Below are positions 57,867-64,000 of a stretch of DNA of 64,000 nucleotides, one piece after another (position 1 is the stretch's first letter; each line of letters starts with the position of its first letter). This DNA comes from a virus (taxonomy: Duplodnaviria > Caudoviricetes). The notes beneath the pieces are model-generated. The model did not search any database. It was not told the DNA's origin and saw nothing but the letters and a program-made list of their open reading frames with translations. The position numbers and the translations under genes were made by a program. The stretch is from positions 89,061-153,060 of IMG/VR virus record IMGVR_UViG_3300037067_022020; one strand, given 5' to 3'.

Positions 57867-58910
57867 TTATTCTATTCCAGCTAATTTTTTATTTCTTGCT
57901 TTCATAGTTTCTGCATAAACATCAACGTTTTCATTAATTATTTTTTTTGGTTTAGTTGAAGCAATTTTTGTTGAAGCAATACTTTCAGTAATTGCTTTTA
58001 CAAATGGTTTTGCTTTCTTTTCAGTTTTAGAAGCAATCGTTTCTACCAATGTTTGATAAATAAGTTTTGCTTCGCGAACTGTTTTGGCACGATCAATTGA
58101 CTCAACAATCTTCATTTTAGCATCATTATTTAATGCGTATCCTCTAAATATTTTATTGCTGTACAGCAATTTAGAATTTAAAAGATTGATTTCATTTAAT
58201 TTACCACGAAGTATTCCTACAACTTCATATGCGTTATCTAACTGATTTTTCGTTTCAGTTAATTCAGATTTTACTTTTGTTACTTCTTCGATTTCGTCGT
58301 CTTCCTCATTTTCCGGTTCAAGATCGATATCAATTTCTTCTTCACTTTCTTCGGGAGCTTCTTCAGTATCAATATTGATATCAACATCTTCATCAATGTC
58401 TCCTTGCTCATCTTCGTCATCTTCGAGATCGATATTAATATCAACGTCTTCATCAACAGAAGGATTTTCCAGTTCATCTATATTAAATTCTTCTTCATTA
58501 GTTTCATCTGAAGTTTCTTCTGGATTAATAGGGACATCTTGTCCATCAACAGTAAGATTAATTTCTTCTTCTGGTTCAACTGTCACATCGACAGTTTTAT
58601 CCCCGGTTTCAGGATCAGTTGTTACATCTACTTCTTCATCATCCCCGCCAATAGGAATATCAATTGAATCGGGATTTTCTTCAGAAACTTCAATTTCTTC
58701 ATCATTTGATGGTTCTATTTCTTCCTCATTACCATCAGTGATTGATTCTTCATCGTCGTCATCACCAATTTCTTCTTTAATCTTTGCCGAAATCAATGAC
58801 TTTAATCTTGGCTGAAAAGCTTCTTCCAAAGCTAATTTAGCACTTTGAAATGCTGTAGATCTAATTTTTTCAGCATCTGCAATTGCTTCTTTTAAAATAT
58901 CTTTTTCCAT
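57867..58910 (-). CDS. Prohead scaffold/core protein
   Basis: LKEAIADA..AK.ALEEAF, acidic middle, LNEINLLNSKLLY.NK; directly upstream of MCP. Confidence 0.75.
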   Translation of the reverse strand: MEKDILKEAIADAEKIRSTAFQSAKLALEEAFQPRLKSLISAKIKEEIGDDDDEESITDGNEEEIEPSNDEEIEVSEENPDSIDIPIGGDDEEVDVTTDPETGDKTVDVTVEPEEEINLTVDGQDVPINPEETSDETNEEEFNIDELENPSVDEDVDINIDLEDDEDEQGDIDEDVDINIDTEEAPEESEEEIDIDLEPENEEDDEIEEVTKVKSELTETKNQLDNAYEVVGILRGKLNEINLLNSKLLYSNKIFRGYALNNDAKMKIVESIDRAKTVREAKLIYQTLVETIASKTEKKAKPFVKAITESIASTKIASTKPKKIINENVDVYAETMKARNKKLAGIE

Positions 58911-59080
58911 TATTTTTTATTATTTTGTATTATTTTAATAGTATTGAAGACTATTAATTGTTTTATTTTTTGTAAACATCAAAGATTTTGATGTATTTGT
59001 AGTAGTTTTTTCGTATAAAATATATATCAATAAATAAATTTTTTTAAAAAGTTCTTTGTCGAATTTTTCAAAATATATTA

Positions 59081-59427
59081 TATAATATAAAAACAAATAA
59101 AATTCATAATTGCTTACAAAATTTATCATTTCTATTCATTTTCCTGATATCACACCAAGAAAATCTTTCTGAAATTGATAAAGCATCAAAATCAAATGGC
59201 AGATTATAATTGCCCAAAAAAAATGATGAAGTATAAACTTCGAATTTTTATTACTTTTTACCTGAAAATCAGGTGAATAAAAATTATTACTTTTTTGATT
59301 TTACCTCAAACAAGATTTTGTTTGGAACCAAATATCAAAGAACGAATTTAGAATATATATTTAGAAATAAATTTTTTTAAAAAGTTTTTAAAATTAATGA
59401 AGATTTTTATGAAAAATTATTGTTTAC
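59081..59427 (-). mobile_element. 347-bp non-coding derivative of family-B tnpB element (left end plus omegaRNA scaffold)
   Basis: 59081-59217 is a near-identical reverse complement of 34308-34443; 59405-59427 matches the left end at 33058. Confidence 0.85.
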
Positions 59428-59432
59428 TTATA

Positions 59433-59771
59433 TTACTTTTCTACATAAGCCCCATCAAATCCATATGTATAAACCAAATAATTTATCTTTTCAAATCCTT
59501 CTGGTTTATACAATTTAACAGCTACTAAAAGCTCTCCTGTTTCTACCGCATCTTCATCAATCATCGATTGGACTGCACCTGTTTCATCATATTTTTTTAA
59601 TCTTTCCCAATCGTTTGGGTAAATCCCTTTATCCTTAACAACCCCAGGATTTTCATCTCCATAATCTACAACTGGGTCACCCACTTTCACTTGATTAAAT
59701 GGAACTATCTTTGTTTCTTTTACTTCTTCAATCACTTCTTTTATCAATTGTACTAATTCTGATTTTTTCAT
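59433..59771 (-). CDS. MKKSEL-motif protein
   Basis: MKKSELVQLIKEVIEE. Confidence 0.65.
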   Translation of the reverse strand: MKKSELVQLIKEVIEEVKETKIVPFNQVKVGDPVVDYGDENPGVVKDKGIYPNDWERLKKYDETGAVQSMIDEDAVETGELLVAVKLYKPEGFEKINYLVYTYGFDGAYVEK

Positions 59772-59820
59772 AATTTTATCCTATTAATTAAATATATATA
59801 AATAAATTTTTTAAAAAGTT

Positions 59821-60603
59821 TTATCTAAAATCATTAACAATTCTAATTAATTCTCTGGCAAATCCAATATAATCATTTTGTTTCCATTCATCAATATCAA
59901 TCAAACTTGCTGAAATATGATCAATTAATTGGCTCTTTAATTCTTTATTCTTTACATTCAAATCAACCATTATTGAATCATACATCTTTTGTAAATCAAA
60001 ATTTGTTCTTTTTGAACTACAATATGTTTTCAAATTTTTAATAATCCATTGCATATCTAATGTATGTATGCCTTCAGATAATGGTAAGCCATCTTTTTGA
60101 TATCTTTCTTGATCTTTACTTTTAATTAATTTATTCACTGCTTTAAGAGTGAATTTTCCATCTGTATTTTGAGTTGTTTGCTTAACTGTGGCAATTCCAT
60201 TTTTAATTGACTGGACAACTCCTGATATCCTTCTTGGATAATAACCTACCATTATATTCCAATATACTTTATCGCCATTTTTAATCTCATTATCTGGTGG
60301 ATCTATATCTTCTTTTATTTTTATTGGAGAATTTTTCCTTGCCTTTTTCTCAGCTTTTTGAATTTGGTCAGCACTCTTAGACCAAACTTCAGTGTGTTTA
60401 GCTAATGTCATTCCATCTTTTTCAAACTTTTTGCCATCTATATTTCCAGTTTTTGAAAAAGCATTTGGAGTATCATATGCACCAGCGGCACCAGATGTTG
60501 ATATTTCTTCAATAGGTTCCTCATCATCATATAGAAGTTCCTTTTCTTTATTAATATCTCTTACAATTTGCTTGATAAGAGTTATAAGTTCAGATTTTTT
60601 CAT
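59821..60603 (-). CDS. MKKSEL-motif protein
   Basis: MKKSELITLIKQIV; EEISTSGAAGAYDTPNAF. Confidence 0.65.
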   Translation of the reverse strand: MKKSELITLIKQIVRDINKEKELLYDDEEPIEEISTSGAAGAYDTPNAFSKTGNIDGKKFEKDGMTLAKHTEVWSKSADQIQKAEKKARKNSPIKIKEDIDPPDNEIKNGDKVYWNIMVGYYPRRISGVVQSIKNGIATVKQTTQNTDGKFTLKAVNKLIKSKDQERYQKDGLPLSEGIHTLDMQWIIKNLKTYCSSKRTNFDLQKMYDSIMVDLNVKNKELKSQLIDHISASLIDIDEWKQNDYIGFARELIRIVNDFR

Positions 60604-60633
60604 ATTGCTTTCTAATTTTTTATTTATATATTA

Positions 60634-60906
60634 TCAATCATTTGGTGATTTTAATTTAAATACGTCTACTTTTTCTTTTACATCTGAATTCATTATCCAA
60701 CTACAAAATGAACCAGCATTATACCCCATTTCTGGTTCAAATGTTGAAATATTTAATGATTGCATTCCATCATCTAAATCTTCGATTGCATCTACTATCC
60801 AGATCGAATTTATTATAAATTTAGTTGGCGGTGATCCCTCTTTATAACTTAATGAAACTTCAGCATCTGGATTAAGCTTTATTGTATCACCTTTTTTGAA
60901 CTTCAT
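60634..60906 (-). CDS. Hypothetical protein
   Basis: 90 aa ORF. Confidence 0.5.
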   Translation of the reverse strand: MKFKKGDTIKLNPDAEVSLSYKEGSPPTKFIINSIWIVDAIEDLDDGMQSLNISTFEPEMGYNAGSFCSWIMNSDVKEKVDVFKLKSPND

Positions 60907-60931
60907 ACTTTTCGATAAACTTTTTCAAAAA

Positions 60932-61600
60932 TTAGTTTTTTACAATCTGCTTTAACTCTGATTTTTTCATAATTCTTTCATTTTTAAGTCCATATATTTT
61001 TCCTGATATTTTTGCTGATGGTGGGATTGTTGTTATTTTGGTGCTGTTGAGCCACAAATCTCCGTTGACTGTTAAGTTATCTGGTAGAGTTGTTATTGGT
61101 GTGTGGCTGAGATTCAAACTTCCGCCGACTTTCAAGTTATCTGGTAGTGATGTTATTAGTGTGTGGCTGAGCCACAGATCCCCGCCGACTGTCAAGTTAT
61201 CTGGTAGAGTTGTTATTTTGGTGTTGCTGAGATTCAGATATCCGCCAACTGTTAAGTTATCTGGTAGTTTTGTTATTGGGGTGTTGCCAAGATTCAGATA
61301 TCCGCCGACTTTCAAGTTATCTGGTAGAGTTGTTATTTTGGTGCCGAGGAGACCCAGATATCCGCCGACTTGTTTTAAATTGTCGGGGAGTGATGTTATT
61401 GGGGTGTGATCGAGATACAAACTTCCGCCGACTTGTTTTAAATTGTCGGGAAGTGATGTTATTGGGGTGTAGCTAAGATTCAAACTTCCTCTGCTACCAT
61501 TTTTGATGTACTGTTGAATTTTTTCTCGTGCAAAAATTTCATTTTGCTTAGATTCATTTAATACTTCTTTTATTAATTGTTTTAATTCTGATTTTTTCAT
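60932..61600 (-). CDS. MKKSEL-motif plus LRR cassette (8 units)
   Basis: MKKSELKQ at both N- and C-termini around the LRR. Confidence 0.8.
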   Translation of the reverse strand: MKKSELKQLIKEVLNESKQNEIFAREKIQQYIKNGSRGSLNLSYTPITSLPDNLKQVGGSLYLDHTPITSLPDNLKQVGGYLGLLGTKITTLPDNLKVGGYLNLGNTPITKLPDNLTVGGYLNLSNTKITTLPDNLTVGGDLWLSHTLITSLPDNLKVGGSLNLSHTPITTLPDNLTVNGDLWLNSTKITTIPPSAKISGKIYGLKNERIMKKSELKQIVKN

Positions 61601-61800
61601 AATTCTACTTTATTTAAATTAATGTCCTTTAATTGTTTAATAACTTTTTCTAATTCTCCTTCTGATATCTCGTTATTTTTAACCATTGTTTTAAGCGATG
61701 TAATTATTTTTCTAATTTTGTTTAATTGAGATAGTTGAAATGTATAATTAGTTTCAGCAATTACTTCTTTAATGATTTCTTTTAACTCTTCTTTTTTCAT
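61597..61800 (-). CDS. MKKEEL-motif small protein
   Basis: MKKEELKEIIKEVIAE. Confidence 0.6.
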   Translation of the reverse strand: MKKEELKEIIKEVIAETNYTFQLSQLNKIRKIITSLKTMVKNNEISEGELEKVIKQLKDINLNKVEL

Positions 61801-61868
61801 AATACTTTCTTTTTTGAGTCCAAATATTTTTCCTGATATTTTTGCTGAAGTTGGGATTGATGTTATTT
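61801..61868 (-). pseudogene. Orphan LRR C-cap fragment
   Basis: Reads ITSIPTSAKISGKIFGLKKESI in frame with the next ATG. Confidence 0.7.
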
Positions 61869-62528
61869 TAGTTTTACAATAAAAAGATCACCTTCTTTAT
61901 CTATAGATTTAAATTTATCAGGGTAATATCTTTGCAATAATTTAATAAATAATGTTTCTCTAGCCGGGCCCAAATTATCTTGAGTTTCAGGTTTAAATGC
62001 AAATTCTTTTATATTTTTTTCATCAATTAAATTCCAAATATTTTTTAAATGAGTCGCCAAAACATTTCGATCTTTAACTTTATTTACTCTTTGTGTCATA
62101 ATGTAAAAATTATTTTCATCTTTCTGATTTGCTGCGGGTCCCATTTTTATGATATTTCCCTTATCTAGAGTTGTTATATGTCGAGTACCAAATTTATCCC
62201 TAAAATCATAATGATCCCCGATCATACTTGTTTTCCTTATAGAATTAATTGGAGAACCTAAATATGTTTCAAATAATTTTTGTGTTCCATAACTAAAAAT
62301 AAAATTAGAACCGTCTGAAGTTTCAAGTAGTTTATTAAAATTGAGTAATATTTCATTAAACACACTCTCTTTTAATATAGGTCTGTTTAAAATTTTTTGT
62401 AATTCATATCTATAAAATTCAGATAATTCAATTTTTTGCTTATTACTATATGCTGATCCATATTTTCTATGATCATATAATTCTGAAATTAATTCTATTA
62501 TCAGTTTCTTAAGTTCAGACTTTTTCAT
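61863..62528 (-). CDS. MKKSEL-motif protein
   Basis: MKKSELKKLIIELISE. Confidence 0.65.
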   Translation of the reverse strand: MKKSELKKLIIELISELYDHRKYGSAYSNKQKIELSEFYRYELQKILNRPILKESVFNEILLNFNKLLETSDGSNFIFSYGTQKLFETYLGSPINSIRKTSMIGDHYDFRDKFGTRHITTLDKGNIIKMGPAANQKDENNFYIMTQRVNKVKDRNVLATHLKNIWNLIDEKNIKEFAFKPETQDNLGPARETLFIKLLQRYYPDKFKSIDKEGDLFIVKLK

Positions 62529-62534
62529 ATTATC

Positions 62535-63842
62535 TTATTTTTCACCAAATGCAGTTATAGCTTCTGATTCTTTTAACATTTTTCCTGTTTTTATATCAAA
62601 CCATAAATGAGAATTTCTTTCTCCGGGGAATACAAATGATGATCCATTTGATCCGCCATCAATATGATCATAATCAAGATTTAAAGAACACCAAACTAAA
62701 GGAATATATTCAATACCATTTTCAGTCTCTTTAATATTAATTGTTCCGGCACCGAAAAATACAAATTCGACACGGCTCATGCAATATTGAAAAAGACCAA
62801 GATCCGTTCCGGAAAACACTTTGCTTTTAATTCTGATTCTTGATTCACCTCTATGCTGATCTATTTTTGCTGTTATTTTGGCATTGATTCCAATAGCAGA
62901 AAGCATTTTGTTTAACGATTTAGCGACATTATTTTCAATATATGTATGTAATTGAGCAATAGTTTTAAATCGATCATCAGTTACAAATTCTTGCTTATTT
63001 TCCTTTAAAAGAGTTGTGTCTTTTACTTCAGTGACACATTCTCTTATTATTTGTTTTAACTCTGATTTTTTCATAATGTTTTCCTGTTTGAGTCCATATA
63101 TTTCACCTGTTATTTTTGCTGAAGCTGGGATTGTTGTTATTTTGGTGTTGCGGAGATCCAAACTTCCGCCGACTGTTAAGTTATCTGGTAGAGTCGTTAT
63201 TGATGTGTAGTTGAGATTCAAATCTCCGCCGACTCGTTTTAAATTGTCGGGAAGTGATGTTATTGGTGTGTTGCTAAGAGACAAACTCCCGCCGACTCTT
63301 GTTAGATTGTCGGGAAGTGATGTTATTGGTGTGTTTTTGAGATACAAACTCCTGCCGACTGTCAAGTTATCTGGTAGTGATGTTATTTTGGTGTCGTTAA
63401 GATACAAATTCCCGTTGACTGTCAAGTTATTTGGTAGTGATGTTATTTTGGTGTTGCCGAGATTCAGACTCCCGCCGACTCTTGTTAGATTGTCGGGAAG
63501 TGATGTTATTGGTGTGTTGTTGAGATCCAGCCACCCGCCGACTGTTAAGTTATCTGGTAGTTTTGTTATTGGTGTGTTGCTGAGATACAAACTCCCGCCG
63601 ACTTGTTTTAAACTGTCGGGAAGTGATGTTATTGGAGTGTTGCTAAGATCGAGATCTCCGTTGCTGCCATTTTTGATGTACTGTTGGATCTTTTGATGGG
63701 TAGCTTTTATGAAATTTCTTCTGCGTTCTTCTGGAGTACGTCGAGGGATTAAGATTTTTTCTTCAGCGAAAGCTGTTTTGGTGAGAGAATTGTTTTCTTG
63801 AAGTACTTTTTTGATGATGGAGATTAGTGTTGATTTTTTCAT
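62535..63842 (-). CDS. MKKST-motif plus LRR cassette (9 units), second MKKSEL motif and unknown C-terminal domain
   Basis: ORF translation. Confidence 0.8.
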   Translation of the reverse strand: MKKSTLISIIKKVLQENNSLTKTAFAEEKILIPRRTPEERRRNFIKATHQKIQQYIKNGSNGDLDLSNTPITSLPDSLKQVGGSLYLSNTPITKLPDNLTVGGWLDLNNTPITSLPDNLTRVGGSLNLGNTKITSLPNNLTVNGNLYLNDTKITSLPDNLTVGRSLYLKNTPITSLPDNLTRVGGSLSLSNTPITSLPDNLKRVGGDLNLNYTSITTLPDNLTVGGSLDLRNTKITTIPASAKITGEIYGLKQENIMKKSELKQIIRECVTEVKDTTLLKENKQEFVTDDRFKTIAQLHTYIENNVAKSLNKMLSAIGINAKITAKIDQHRGESRIRIKSKVFSGTDLGLFQYCMSRVEFVFFGAGTINIKETENGIEYIPLVWCSLNLDYDHIDGGSNGSSFVFPGERNSHLWFDIKTGKMLKESEAITAFGEK

Positions 63843-64000
63843 ATATTAGTTGATACTTCTGAAAAATCTTAATAAAGCAGTACAGGATAATTATAACGAA
63901 TTGTAGCCGTAATAACTTGAGGAGTATTATCATCACCCCAATCCCATCCACCAAAATCAGCAGAAAGAATCCATGCGTTTTTATAAGTCCATTCTTCTAC

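Noticed and set aside
58935-59129. ORF MINFVSNYEFY, apparently paralogous to 34395..34580
   Set aside because: Shared N-terminus is only the transposon right-end sequence
35551-63696. Antisense ORFs over LRR, QV and scaffold genes (35551, 35959, 48781, 48935, 58375, 61038, 63211; also 21347 and 21405)
   Set aside because: Shadow frames of repetitive or low-complexity coding sequence

Overview
Very AT-rich segment of a large T4-like (jumbo) phage, most likely infecting a Bacteroidota host. Host evidence: about 15 TTTG-N20-TAnnTTT(A) promoters, two genes with T9SS C-terminal domains, and almost no Shine-Dalgarno sites. Plus arm (1-54 kb): a Gly-rich virion protein, a glycosyltransferase/methyltransferase cluster with a KamA-type radical SAM enzyme, PAS protein, dNMP kinase, Dda-like helicase, Hsp20, NAD-dependent ligase, many small early ORFs in promoter-bounded cassettes, and an array of about 20 tRNA or tRNA-like genes (36.7-46.8 kb). 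Minus arm (54-64 kb): an MTase fusion, gp23-type major capsid protein, scaffold, and a run of proteins starting with MKKSELK. Three tnpB elements of two families, an omegaRNA-only derivative and a solo left end all sit after ATATAA. Best candidate for an undescribed system: a ribosome-coupled transcription attenuator heading the tRNA array. Its 31-codon leader uses 19 of 20 amino acids and its stop overlaps an antiterminator arm, suggesting a general tRNA-depletion sensor. Second candidate: a dispersed, mosaic, hypervariable LRR cassette family, partly fused to a putative capsid-targeting peptide. All calls were made by eye; no searches or folding programs were run.
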